A stretch of DNA of 64,000 bases from Perkinsela sp. CCAP 1560/9 (Eukaryota > Protista > Euglenozoa: Kinetoplastea). The notes beneath the pieces are model-generated. The model did no database searches, was not told where the DNA came from, and worked only from the letters and a program-made list of their open reading frames with translations. Location of the stretch: contig CBFFSA010000005.1 of NCBI GenBank assembly GCA_965644495.1, positions 744,001 to 808,000 on the forward strand, read 5' to 3'. Made by a program: the position numbers and the translations under genes. Shown here one piece after another: positions 35,230 through 46,793 of the stretch; the first letter of the stretch is position 1; each line of letters starts with the position of its first letter.

Positions 35230-35952
35230 CTACGCAAGAATTATGGAAAGAGATACAATTACCCCAACGGCAAGTAAGGCCATATGATGTATTGGTTCAT
35301 TCGATTCATCCGCAACAACTACTCTACATGAAATATGTTCTGGAAAGGGAATAAGGTTATTACGAGATAAATCCAAATAAACAAGAGTTTCAGGCAGTTC
35401 GCGAATGTCAACATACCCTTCCAACATGTTTCTGGCTACGTTAATTTGCTGGATTCGATGTGGGAGAGAAGAAACGTCCAGCGTTCCATGAAAAAGATTT
35501 TTTTGCAATTGGAGATAAACAAGATTATGGGGAAGTGCAGTGAAGTCTAGCGTTCCTGAAAAACGGTTCCGCTGTAGATGCACGTGCGACAACCCAGAGG
35601 GTAAGGCATACAGGGGTACGGGACCATGGAGCATGTTGTTGTTCAGAGAAAGAAATTCTAGCGTTTGAGGGAGATGTTCCCAGGAGAGGTTTCCCTTTAG
35701 CTTTTGACTCCCCCATTCTAAAGCTACGACGTGCTTCCCTTTACATCGAACACTGTTCCATAACTGCGGTATATTCTCTGATCTCCAGGTAGGAGACTTG
35801 GGATGGACGTGTTCCACAAACCTACTCAAAACAACTTCCGGGGGAAAGATGGAAAGACGCGACTTTCCCAGGCGAACACTGGAATTATCGTCCATTTCCT
35901 CACAGGGAACTGATAGGAGTAGCCGTCTCATAAAACAAGAGAAAAAGAGCAA
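35230..35952 (-). CDS. LRR family protein with C-terminal hydrophobic (TM-like) segment
   Basis: GKSRLSIFPPEV, LRRs, ends MALLAVGVIVSLSIILA. Confidence 0.85.
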   Translation of the reverse strand: MLFFSCFMRRLLLSVPCEEMDDNSSVRLGKSRLSIFPPEVVLSRFVEHVHPKSPTWRSENIPQLWNSVRCKGKHVVALEWGSQKLKGNLSWEHLPQTLEFLSLNNNMLHGPVPLYALPSGLSHVHLQRNRFSGTLDFTALPHNLVYLQLQKNLFHGTLDVSSLPHRIQQINVARNMLEGYVDIRELPETLVYLDLSRNNLIPFPEHISCRVVVADESNEPIHHMALLAVGVIVSLSIILA

Positions 35953-36450
35953 CAGCTTATTGGAGCAATAGTTGAAAATATCATCTAAAATTTAAATGTA
36001 TTTTAAATGGCTCTCTTTGATGTAGCTTTTCACAAAAAGTATCAAAGAAACATTCGTTTTTCAATACATTTTATCACATTTACAGGCCTTTATTATCCAA
36101 AGTTCGTTCCTTGTGAAAGGACGAACTACGGCGCACCGCATCTATCTGCTTGGATTTCGTATCGACGACCATTTCGTATCATCGCTTAAATTATGCGACT
36201 AAAAAAATTCTCGGAGTTAATCTTGTGATCTCAACGCGTTGAATGAAAAAACATTCTTTTATCTCTCATAGTCCAAGCTTCAGTTCTGTTTAGCATGGCA
36301 AAATTCTTCTCAACACCACGTATTCCACGTTCACTATAATCTGGTGTTCTCATTCTTGAACCTTAGTACGTAAAAAAAATATGCCCATTCTTAAAATGCC
36401 CATTCTTCAAAATTATACCTATTCTTACGGGCATCGTGATACAACCTTGG

Positions 36451-37685
36451 CACCCGCACACTGATAACGCATAAAACTCGCACTGATATTGCATAATGCA
36501 CACTGATAATGCATATAGGCACACTGATAATGCATATTAGCACACTGATAATGCATATAGGCACACTGATAATGCATATAGGCACACTGATAATGCATAA
36601 AACTCGCACACTGATAATGCATAGTAACTCGCACACTGATAATGCATAATGCACACTGATAATGCATAATGCACACTGATAATGCATAATGCACACTGAT
36701 AATGCATAATGCATACTGATAACGCATAATGCACACTGATAATGCATGAAGCCTATATTAACACAAAGACTGTTTTTTTTTGATAATTTTTGTTGCGTTT
36801 TAGTATGAGTGAACCACGAAGTTAACGCATAGATTCAGAGGACCGCACCATGATTGAGGTGCTTTACAATCAACAGAATTTCACCCAAGTTCAAATTGCC
36901 GCGAAATTTTGTCTTGCACACGGGTAAACAAGGTCTTGGCTTTATTAACGGTGGGGTATGGTGGAATTGTTGGGCTTCGCAAATGGGTAAACAAGATCTA
37001 GGTTCATTGGCCCGGCCGGACCCTCCGTGCGCTCGGCCTCTCATTTCCCCCAAAACAACAACCACCTTCCCCCCATTTATCAGGGGTCGCTCGCGCGACC
37101 CCCGCTAAATAGGGGGGAAAGGTGGTAGTTGTGGGGTATGGAGGCCTCTCGCAACTCCGGGGCCTCACCGGGAACAAAGGTGAAATTATTAGCCGGACGG
37201 GTAAACAAGGTCTTGGCTTTATTCCGAGTTGGGTGTGGTGGAATTGTTGGGCTTCGCATATTGCTTCCCACTAACGTCAGACGTTTTTATCTTGCAGACG
37301 GGTAAACAAGGTCTTGGCTTATTACGGGTTGGGTATGGTGGAATTGTTGGGCTTCGCAAATAACTTCCCACTAACGTCAGACGTTGTTATCTTGCAGACG
37401 GGTAAACAAGGTCTTGGCTTCCGCCTTTTTTTCTAGAATTTTTTTTCAAGGGCCTTTCTCCAATTTTTTTGAAGGGCTCAATTTTTTTTTGAAGGGCTCA
37501 TTTTTTTTCGAAGGGCTTGCTCAAAATATGCATTATCAGTGTGCGAGTTTTATGCATTATCAGTGTGCGAGTTTTTATGCATTATCAGTGTGCCTATATG
37601 CATTATCAGTGTGCTAATATGCATTATCAGTGTGCCAATATGCATTATCAGTGTGCGAGTTTTATGCATTATCAGTGTGCGAGTG
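36451..37685. mobile_element. Foldback-like element with inverted arrays of CACACTGATAATGCATA
   Basis: 19-22-bp units at 36457-36747 and inverted at 37528-37680; CAC...GTG ends; internal CGGGTAAACAAG repeats. Confidence 0.75.
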
Positions 37686-37752
37686 GCCTTCCCCATAATA
37701 ATGCCACTTGCGATGTCCGATATAGGAACAAAAAATTCCTTATATTCTATGA

Positions 37753-38601
37753 TTATACACCTCTGTTGAATATCCCTGTTCCTTCTACCCTTAAATAGCT
37801 CAATCCCTTAGGCAGAGATGATTTTTGCACCTCACCGTAAAGTTCAGCGTTGTCGTTCAGCCATAATGAATTTAATCTTGAAGGAAGAGAATTAAAACGT
37901 ACCAAACCTGAGAACTCATTGCCGCTACAGTATAGCGCTCCCAAAGAAGACGCCAAGTGCTCCAGATCAAGAGGGCCTGTGAATCGGTTGGCACTTAAAT
38001 CAAGAACTGTAAGACGGGGTGGTAATTGGCTCAGATTCACGGTTCCTGAAAAAAAGTTGATGTTAAGCATTAAAGAAGCCAAATTGGGGGAAAGCTGCGT
38101 CAAGTCAACGCCTCCTTCGAATTTATTCGAGGGGAGTACGAGGCGCACTACGGAAGGAGGTAGATTTGTCAAATCTACACGACCATCAAACGCGTTGTAC
38201 CCTAAGTCGAAGTTCGAAAGCGAAGATGATAATACACCTAACGGTACATTTCCTGTAAATTTATTTTTTGCAACCTTAAATTCGATCACGGTTCGTGGTA
38301 ACCAATCCCACCGCAGAGATCCATAATACTTGGTGGATAGCCACTTTAGGGGATCACTCGCCCACATAATATTCGCCACGAGTAAGTTATCGCCACACTT
38401 CACTCCTTTCCACTTACACGCGGGAGTCGACACGACCCAAGTAGGGTCCGGATTGCCAACTCCTTCGACGAATTTCACCAATTCATACTCCTGAGGCACA
38501 TTCACGGCCCGCACTTTACCTAGGCGGCTCTGCGGCGCCTTTACGGGCATCTCATCGGCTGCGCGGTATAATGGAGTCATTCCTGTATAATATTTCGGCA
38601 A
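37753..38601 (-). CDS. LRR family protein
   Basis: GKVRAVNVPQEY, TPACKWKGVKC, LRRs. Confidence 0.88.
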   Translation of the reverse strand: MPKYYTGMTPLYRAADEMPVKAPQSRLGKVRAVNVPQEYELVKFVEGVGNPDPTWVVSTPACKWKGVKCGDNLLVANIMWASDPLKWLSTKYYGSLRWDWLPRTVIEFKVAKNKFTGNVPLGVLSSSLSNFDLGYNAFDGRVDLTNLPPSVVRLVLPSNKFEGGVDLTQLSPNLASLMLNINFFSGTVNLSQLPPRLTVLDLSANRFTGPLDLEHLASSLGALYCSGNEFSGLVRFNSLPSRLNSLWLNDNAELYGEVQKSSLPKGLSYLRVEGTGIFNRGV

Positions 38602-38815
38602 CCAAAAACAGACAAAAGCTATTTAGGCGCAGCAATCGAAAGAATACAATATTAAAATATGCTTTCACCACCAATTTATACTCCAGAAAGGAACACCCAT
38701 TTGAAGTAGCTTTTGCCCTTAATAATTCCACATAAAAAACCTTGTTTTGCTTAGAGAACATTTTTTTGTGACATTGAACCGAAAATTTAAAACTTATTGA
38801 TTAGATGTATGTAGT

Positions 38816-39067
38816 TTATTGAGTATACCGCGGAACTACCGCCGTATTATCGTATTGCACACCAAACAATAAAGAAATAGGAAGATGCTCATAGTCCAGC
38901 TCTCCTTTTAAGTCAACGTTATTTCCCAAAGTTAATGACTCGATATGTGCCGGTAAACGTTTTAAATCAACCTCACCGCCAAATTGATTATTGTGTAGGT
39001 GAAGCTGTCGCAGAGCGGAAGGAAGATTGCTCAAACTAAGTGATCCTGAAAATTCGATATTGTGGAG
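38816..39067 (-). pseudogene. Probable 3' part of the LRR gene split by a 2.8-kb composite insertion
   Basis: Joining to 41896-42567 gives MTHLY|LHNIEFSG, which keeps LRR register. Confidence 0.65.
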
Positions 39068-39624
39068 CTGTTTTTTCATGCACTTATAGTGCAGAGATTT
39101 GCCTCACTACATGTCCTTACCCCGTATACGACGGGCGGATCACGTGAGGGTTCGCCTTCGCCTATGGCAAGTGGGTGCAGAGAGCTGGCGTCCCAGGTGC
39201 AGAGAGCTCGGTTGCCATGTGCAGGTGCAGAGATCCGGATGCGTAATCCCCACATTACAGTTTCGGGGGCAATCCGGGTGCAGAGAGCTGCGACAGAGCC
39301 GAGGTGCGGAGAGCTGGGTGACCGCCAGGTGCGGAGAGCCGGAAGTCGTAGCGAAGGACACGTCTAGTGGTCCTCAAGGGAGGCCACCGTGACGCATTGC
39401 CTCCTCGGAAAGGTAGACACGAGAAAGAAAAGCCGAGAGAGGGAAGCACACTCACTCCAGGAGAGTGAGTCTGGGAGGGGTGAAGGGTGAAAGGTGCGTC
39501 CCCTGCTTCAACAAAAAGAGGGACAGTCCCGACCTTAGTGCCGGCCAGCAAAGGGCATATAATTACAGTAAGACTATGCCCGTTGCCGGGGAAAGAAAGG
39601 ATGAACAACAAGGTACAGAAACTG
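39068..39624 (-). mobile_element. SL-headed structured non-coding element (family S, copy 2)
   Basis: Minus strand starts CAGTTTCTGTACCTTGTTG; CCGG.AACGGGCATA stem; ACTGTCCCTCTT..AGCAGGGG; ends TGCATGAAAAAACAG. Confidence 0.6.
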
Positions 39625-39625
39625 A

Positions 39626-41028
39626 GGGTGTTGCTAATCCCTGGACAGTATGCTGCCCAGGGACACAGCAACTCCCCATTATCTCGGCGTAGTAAACACG
39701 CCTTGGCTTGCCTGACACTGTGATCGCCGAGAGAGAAAAAAAATATTTCTCCCGAGTCATTTCACAGCCCAGAATGCTTCCCACTTAAGGGGCCCGTTTC
39801 CGTATCCGAGTGATCTCCCCGGCAACACGTCTTTCGACGTGCGTCAAGAAGGCTGGGATACGGAACCAGGGTGTGCAAGTACGTGCTGTACTCGCACGTT
39901 TAATAAGCTCTTTTTTTTTACGGATTTCCTTTTTTTTAGCACTGATCACAAAGATCACGAAGGCCACAAACGGTGGGTCACAAAGATCCCAAACACGAGA
40001 TAACAAATAATGGGTCATTAAGATTTCAAGTGAACCGATCACAAAGATAACAAACAAACAAACAAACAAACAAACCAATCAGGTAATATACACATCCGAT
40101 TACAAAGATCCCGTGCAATGAATCATAAGGACTTCATAGATACCAAACAAACGATCACAAATATCCTAAGTAAGGGGTCGAAAAGATCACAAAAAAAACA
40201 GATCACAAAGATCCCCATACAACCAATCCTCAACAACCGATCAAAAAGCTCCTGAACAATGGGTCACAAAAACCCCAAAATAACGTATATCAAAGATCCC
40301 AAACAACGGGTCACAAAGATCCCCAAATAACCGATTAAAAGGCTCTTTTTATAATGGGTCGCAAAGATAAATACCACAAAAAACAACAAATAAAAACAAG
40401 ATTCTAAACAAACGATCGTTAACATTCTAAACAATAGGTCACAAAGATTTCGAATAACGGATCACAAAAGTCACAAGCAATCTGTCATAAGGCTGCGAAC
40501 ATTATAAAGATCCAAAATCCTGCATCTTAAAGCAAACTTCTAATATTTGCCTTGTGATTTTTTTTCCCTTTTCTATCAACGCGACCCGCGCAATGCATCC
40601 AATAATGCGGCGTTGGCAATATATTTACAACCTACAACTTACTCGCTTACTCGTCTCCCATAGCGGGATGTAATTTACCAACCCTTTTTTTTTCTTTTCT
40701 TTTTTGCAGAAGCGACCAAGGCGAGATCTTGCTTCCCCTCACGGGACTTTACATATTCTCGGGGAGGCCCCCCACACAAATTCTTTCAAGCAGATCCAAA
40801 TCATTCGTGCGTACTTCGCACCGGATCTTCCGACTTCTGTTCAGCCTGCTTCTTCTCGTGCCACGAGAGGCGCGAGAGCTGGGCATTTGCCTAGAGCGGC
40901 ATGATCACGTTTTTTTCTCTCTCTCGGCGATCACAGTGCCAGGCAAGCCAAGGCGTGTTTACTACGCCGAGATAATGGGGAGTTGCTGTGTCCCTGGGCA
41001 GCATACTGTCCAGGGATTAGCAACACCC
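39626..41028. mobile_element. Element with ~120-bp TIRs (GGGTGTTGCTAATCCC...), possibly PIF/Harbinger- or Mutator-like
   Basis: Near-perfect inverted repeats 39623-39742 and 40910-41031; internal degenerate GATCACAAAGAT repeats; flanks TGA/TCA. Confidence 0.7.
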
Positions 41029-41626
41029 TCATTATCACAGACTTCATAAGCACCTTGGAACCGGAACCAAGCCCAGTACGCCTGGCAAGCCATGGCACCG
41101 AATAGCTCTTCTTTTTTCTCCTTCTTTCTTCTTCTTATCCCTCAAAAGTGGGACCATATGCTTGCTCACATCGTTCGAAGATCAGTTTCGGACGTCATAT
41201 CCCGAGTCACCTACCGTTCGTAAAGCACACTAACATCCCACTAAACAATCGTAGCAAATGTTTCACAAAGACCACCGCTACTAAAAGCTCTAAACTGCGG
41301 TACGTTTGACGGCGCGCTGGATCAAACAGCGAGGCGATCACATTTCGAAAAGTAGACTTCCTTATTTCTATGCCCCCTTTTCTTCACGTTTTCAAAAGTA
41401 ACAATTCGAAACAAAAGCTTCTTTTTTTCTCTGTGACAATCGTAGGAAATGTTCACACATTTCCAGAGCACCTTCATCCTACAAACATCAGTCAAGCTAT
41501 GGATGGTGCCACCAATCCTCCTCTTCTTCCTTCACCTCAAAAAGGACTTGAAACAATACATTAAAAAACAGCATCAAATCGGATCTGAATCTCCGATATT
41601 CCGGTCGAAATCTCCTCATCGCGCAA

Positions 41627-41850
41627 ACAAAGTCCAAACCTCACTACACCAATTGTAGCGGAAATAGAGCCATAAAAGGCATCGGATCATAAAATCCGGA
41701 ACACAAAACAAGTCCAAAGGACCTCACTACACCAATTGTAGTGGAAATGGAGCCATAAAAGGCGTCGGATCATAAAATCCGGAACATAAAACAAGTCCAA
41801 AGGACCTCACTACACCAACTGTAGTGGAAATGGAGCCATAAAAGGCCTCT
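41627..41850. repeat. ~82-bp tandem repeat, about 2.7 copies
   Basis: AAGTCCAAA(GGA)CCTCACTACACCAA.TGTAG.GGAAAT.GAGCCATAAAAGGC three times. Confidence 0.8.
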
Positions 41851-41895
41851 TTTATAATAAATAGCCATAAAAGGCCTCTTTATAAATGAGTCTTT

Positions 41896-42567
41896 GTATA
41901 AATGAGTCATGGCACTCGGAAGGTTGTCGAGATTGACTTCACCAGAGAAGGAGTTAAAGCTGAAGGAAACAACCAACAAATTTTGAGAAAGCACTGTTAG
42001 ATCCACAACACCATAGAATTGATTATTCTCCACTGATATTTCTTTTATCTTCTTAGGAAGTTGCGCAGTTTTAAATGTTCCATTGGCCGCGTTATTACGC
42101 AAGTTAAGTACTTTCAAAAAAGGAGACAACTGAAAAAGTGGTACTTCCCCGCAAAGATTGTTTCCAGGAATCTCAAGTCTAAGAAGCGAATGAGGTAGGT
42201 ATTGCCATTGTAGCGATCCAGCTGTGCAAAAATATTCCCAATTGATATGTATCACTTCCGATTGCTCATTGCATTCAACTCCTTTCCAATCACAAGCGGG
42301 GGTAGCATCATTCCACGACGAATGCTTCTCCTGCACATTTTCAATAAGCCGCGTAAGGTCAAACTCTGCAGGGAGTGCTACACCACGAACTTTTCCCCTT
42401 ACAGCCGGAAGAGAATGCCGGTTATTCTCTCGCATCGACATGTGCATACCCTCTTTTTTACGTTTCTTAGCAAGGGGTTGATGAGGATCTGATGAATTAA
42501 CAGGCATACAAAATACCCAATAAAATGTGAGAAAACGTAAAAGCATTTTCAGCCATAGAGAAAACAT
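41896..42567 (-). pseudogene. 5' part of split LRR gene
   Basis: GKVRGVALPAEF, TPACDWKGVEC; LRRs stop abruptly at THLY. Confidence 0.75.
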
Positions 42568-42666
42568 TAATGCTCTGCAGTGTTTCTCAAATGTACGAAA
42601 AGTGCTAAACAGTGTTTACATCATATTGAATTTCACATGAGGTCCAAGCGTTGTACCAGTAAGGCT

Positions 42667-43962
42667 TCACGACATCACCTCTCCGATTTCATGGTTATTG
42701 ACGCGTTGCTCAATGATCTGATTCTCCGACACTCCTGTGCAACAACTTTCTTTCGGATGGGCCAAGCCTTCAATAGATTCCAGACTCGACTGTACGAGTT
42801 TCTCTATGTAGGAGTCCGTGTTTTGATCCTGACGTACGGGATCGCAGGGCACCCCCATAAGATCAAACGGGCTGTAGAACGAGGAAAAGTCATGTTCGGG
42901 AACCGCATCGTAAGGGTGTACAGGAATCCCACACAGCAGTGCCGTCTCGGCCGCCCATGTTCGGGCCACGTGGGTGAGTGTGTAACCCCCACCCCCAAGA
43001 AACAGCGTGGGGATTCCCAAATCCCGTACTTTCCGCACACACTTTGCGTGTCCCCCAAGCGAAGAGAGGTTAAAGGTGCCAATACGGTCCCCCGCCACCG
43101 AGTCCGCCCCGCACTGCATTACAATTGCCTCAGGAGCGTACACCCGTATGAGGGCCTCGAGCAGTGGACAGAATACCCGATGGTAGAACACCTCATCGCG
43201 TATTCCATCACGTAAGGGGAGATTCAGCGCGTACCCTGCTCCCTCTCCCACCCCCCTATCCCCGCGGCACCCCGTACCCGGAAAAAACGCCCCTCCCTTA
43301 TGCAGGGACAGCGTAAACACCCGATCCGTCGTGTAGAACGCCTCCTCCACCGCGTCCCCGTGGTGGATATCAATATCCACATACAGCACCCGTCGATGGA
43401 CCTTCAGCAACTCCAGGATCGCCACCACGACATCGTTGAGGTAGCAGAACCCGCTGGAGGCCCAGGCCCGGGCGTGGTGCATCCCGCCCCCCCAGTGCAC
43501 CGCGCAGGTCGTGAGGCGCGCGTTCAGCAGCACCGCCCCCGCGAGACTCCCCGCCACGACGCGCGCGCTGTAGGGGAAGGCCCCGGGGAACGGGGGGCAG
43601 TCCGCGTTGAACCGCAGCAGCCGGCGCGTGGCGCTCTCCCCCTCGTGCAGGCGGGACCCCCCCGGGACCCATTTCGGGGGGAAGTAGGGGGCGTAGGGGG
43701 AGGGGGGAGGCTTTGGTGAATTCGTGAGAGGGGACGCGCTGGAGGCTTGGAGAAAATCAATATACGGAGCGGCGTGGTAGGTCTCGAGGAGGTGGTGGGG
43801 GAGGGGCGGGGGGGTGAGGACACGCATGTGTTTTAAGAGTCCCATGGACTCGATGAGGGTGTGGGTCATGCGGAGTCGGAGGGGTTTCATGGGGTGGGTG
43901 GCGACCTCGCCGTAGCTAAAGGCGCTGACGGTGGGGTCCCAGATGTAGACCACGTCGCTCAT
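42667..43962 (-). CDS. Class I histone deacetylase (RPD3/HDAC1-like)
   Basis: HPMKP.R, DCP.F.G, GGMHHA, SGFCYLND, YVDIDIHHGDAVEEAF, CGADS..GDR.G, GGGGYT. Confidence 0.95.
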   Translation of the reverse strand: MSDVVYIWDPTVSAFSYGEVATHPMKPLRLRMTHTLIESMGLLKHMRVLTPPPLPHHLLETYHAAPYIDFLQASSASPLTNSPKPPPSPYAPYFPPKWVPGGSRLHEGESATRRLLRFNADCPPFPGAFPYSARVVAGSLAGAVLLNARLTTCAVHWGGGMHHARAWASSGFCYLNDVVVAILELLKVHRRVLYVDIDIHHGDAVEEAFYTTDRVFTLSLHKGGAFFPGTGCRGDRGVGEGAGYALNLPLRDGIRDEVFYHRVFCPLLEALIRVYAPEAIVMQCGADSVAGDRIGTFNLSSLGGHAKCVRKVRDLGIPTLFLGGGGYTLTHVARTWAAETALLCGIPVHPYDAVPEHDFSSFYSPFDLMGVPCDPVRQDQNTDSYIEKLVQSSLESIEGLAHPKESCCTGVSENQIIEQRVNNHEIGEVMS

Positions 43963-44789
43963 GGTGGTCGGCGTGGGGGGGAATTCGTGTGTGAAGAAAT
44001 ACGAGATGGAAAACGAGATTTTCGCGAAAAAGGGGGTAGATTCTCATAAAAGTGCGGTACACGTGTGATACCACCGAAGAGGAAAACCACCCTAAGTCCT
44101 CGCAAAAATTTATGAACAAAGAGAATTTGTAGAATGTACAGTGCGGGATTTTATTACGGGACACATAAATTACGGGACAACTCAATTACGGGACACTTAA
44201 TTAAGGGACACTTGGGCTTTGGGAGTGAGTTTCGCCCCCACTGCCTGGAACGAAGCGCGGTGGATCGGGCTAGGCCGGCGTATTCTCAGTAAAACAGTTT
44301 TACACGCCCAAATAAGCGGTGTATAAACATAACAAAAAATATAATAACAGAACCTGCAGTACAATCACTCTCTACATTTCACAGGTCATCTCAAAGACCA
44401 AAGCCAAGGAACACTTACTGTGCCCCCCCACTTATAGTGCCGCGGGGTACCCCTCCCCTACTTATAGTGCCATTTTGAAAAAAAATTGTCCGAAAAAAAA
44501 TGACCAATTTTGACCAAAAAGTACAGTAAACATGGTGGAAATTTCTAATATTGAGTGACTTCGTTAAACATGGTGGTTGTTTTCAACTTAGAAGTCACTC
44601 ATGCTGCGCGTTTAGCGTTGAAAAATACCTCCGCGTTTAACGAAGCCACTAAAATTTCATTTTATATAATTTTTATATAATTTTTATATAATTTTATATA
44701 ATTATAATTATAATCTATAAACCTTTTTAGTTTATAATTATAATTATAGTTTATAATTATTAATGAGATTCGGTTCTGTGACCTTACTT

Positions 44790-46392
44790 TTATTGTGCCC
44801 AACTTTCAGACAAAAGTTGTTTTTTTTGCGGAAACGGTATCTTTATCTTTTGAGTAGCTTTTCTGCTCCCCTCCTGCGCGTACCAGGGGGGTACCCCCAA
44901 GGGAAGCATAGTACTGTTGGCAACTTCCTCTCTTTTATAATACCGAATACGGACTAATTGATGGTTAATGTTGTCTGCAATTGAGGGAAACATTGTCTTG
45001 AGCTGCTCTGTGATAGCTGTGAAAAGAGGTTGCTTATTACCTTTCCAACAACGTTGATACTTTACACTTTTTTGAAAAAGGTAATCGACAGCGTCACAAA
45101 CACTTTGCTTTGTCGACCAAGGAAGCTGTTTTTTGGCTGTTTTACCCAAAAGAGGTGAAGTTTCCGTTGTAATCTCAGTCTCGCCAGATGCGACATCAAT
45201 AGGTGTAGAAATCTTCCACTTAGGAACAAAACCATCGAGAGAAAATAACATCTCCTTATCATCGTCCCAAAATATCGGCATACCATCCTGATTTATGGAG
45301 AAAAGCAAACTATACAGTCCAGGTACTGGTTTCCCCCCCCAGGCTCCAGAGCACACCGTAAGAGCTTTTGACCTAATTCCTTCGGCATTCAACAGATCTC
45401 GAAAAACTAGAGCGTTTACCGCCGTTTGCGTGCCTATCAAAAATATTTAGAAAAAAGTAGCCTGTCAAAAATATTTAGAAAAAACACGAAAAAAAACCAT
45501 AAATTTACTAAAAAATCCCAATATTTCGAAAATTTGGGAGTTTTTTATTCAAATATGGTTTCTCATTCTATGAATTTGATGGATACTCCCGCCAAATCTA
45601 CTAGACCAGTACTAAAGGCCAGTACAACTCGACGAAAAGCAAGATACCCCCTATTACCCATAAAACGTCACGATGTGCACTCGCAGAGCGCCTTGACCGA
45701 ATTGTTAAGGAAAATTTGAAACCAGAGACTGAAAAACAGCTCCGGAAGGCGCTAAAGAAAGCCTTTATGATGCTCAAGCGTAATCCTTATGGACGCCAAT
45801 TCTTAATTTGCATAAATTCAGTTCCTAAACGCTTGCGAATTGTGCGGAGCGTTCAAGGAGACCATTGTAGGTACTAAAATATAGGAATCTATACACATTC
45901 TTTTCATTTCTCCCTCCTCTCAAAAATACTTTTTTTTGAATTTTGCCAACTTTCACCACGCCCACCTAGGACCCAGGGGGGTGACAGGCAAAGCAACTTT
46001 GGGAAACGCACTAGTTTTTCGAGATCTGTCGAATGCCGAAGGAATTAGGTCAAAAGCTCTTACGGCGCGCTCTGGAGCCTGGGGGGAAAACCAATACCTG
46101 GACTGTATATACGACTTTGCAAGAAAATGCGGGAAATTCGCTCCTCCTCCAAGAGTTTGTTAAAAAAGGAATCAACCATTTCATTTGCAGATAAAGTAAG
46201 AAGGTTTTGTAACGCTGAGTAGTGTTGAGAAATTATTTCCCTATGATTTTCCAAAACCGCCGGATCAAGACCTTCGGATGTGAAGACACTAGCGAACCAT
46301 GCCAATTTTTTCTTTTCCCAGTGCTCAGAGGGCCGTCCGCCAACCGTTGCGAACTTATCCATCGTTCCGAGGGGTCGTTTTCGGGAGCTCAT
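44790..46392 (-). pseudogene. TE-associated ORF (269 aa restored) split by a MITE
   Basis: MITE removal gives QSRIYSLLFS in frame; TIR-like TAATGAGAGGGGGAGTA near 46518-46534. Confidence 0.55.
45315..46105. mobile_element. ~790-bp Tc1/mariner-type MITE with ~100-bp TIRs (family C)
   Basis: TIR CAGTCCAGGTA.TGGTTT.CCCCCCAGGCTCCAGAGC..., TA TSD; second copy 57443-58222 in opposite orientation. Confidence 0.9.
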
Positions 46393-46774
46393 GATAATTC
46401 AACTAAAACTGAGTACCTAAAATTGAGGTTTATAATTTCGACAGTGAGTTTAGAATTATAATCCTAAAATTTTTTACTAACTTTTACCAACTAACTTTTT
46501 TAGAGGTTTATAATTATTAATGAGAGGGGGAGTACCCGCACCGACCCGGTCATAAAATATTGTGTAAAATATTGCGTAAAATATGTGTAAATTTCGTATA
46601 ACTTGACCAATGTTGGAATTCGTAGCCCATTCGGGAGCTTTCGCAATGATATAAATCAATGCAAAGCATGTTCACAGAAAATCAATCAGATGTGATGCAC
46701 ATAATCCACATTTACAATGTTCGGTACGAAATATTTCGCGAGATCAAAACCAGGATACTTCGACGATAAAGGTG

Positions 46775-46793
46775 CAGTTTCTGTACTTTGTTG
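46775..46793 (+). other. Spliced-leader exon 3'-end-like motif CAGTTTCTGTACTTTGTTG
   Basis: 18/19 match to the kinetoplastid SL 3' end CAGTTTCTGTACTTTATTG. Confidence 0.65.

Noticed and set aside
36457-36747. Short repeat array as CRISPR, or MHYQCA/CIISV repeat proteins
   Set aside because: Spacers are only 2-5 bp; the ORFs are artefacts of the tandem repeat
39170-39345. Gag zinc knuckles (RCRELG/RCGELG)
   Set aside because: Product of a GGTGC.GAGAGC tandem repeat; no complete CX2CX4HX4C
41270-41640. Degenerate tyrosine recombinase
   Set aside because: Only vague similarity; catalytic residues cannot be assigned
39068-41895. Insert as a spliceosomal intron in the LRR gene
   Set aside because: Ends in CAG on the minus strand but has no GT donor, and is made of mobile-element pieces
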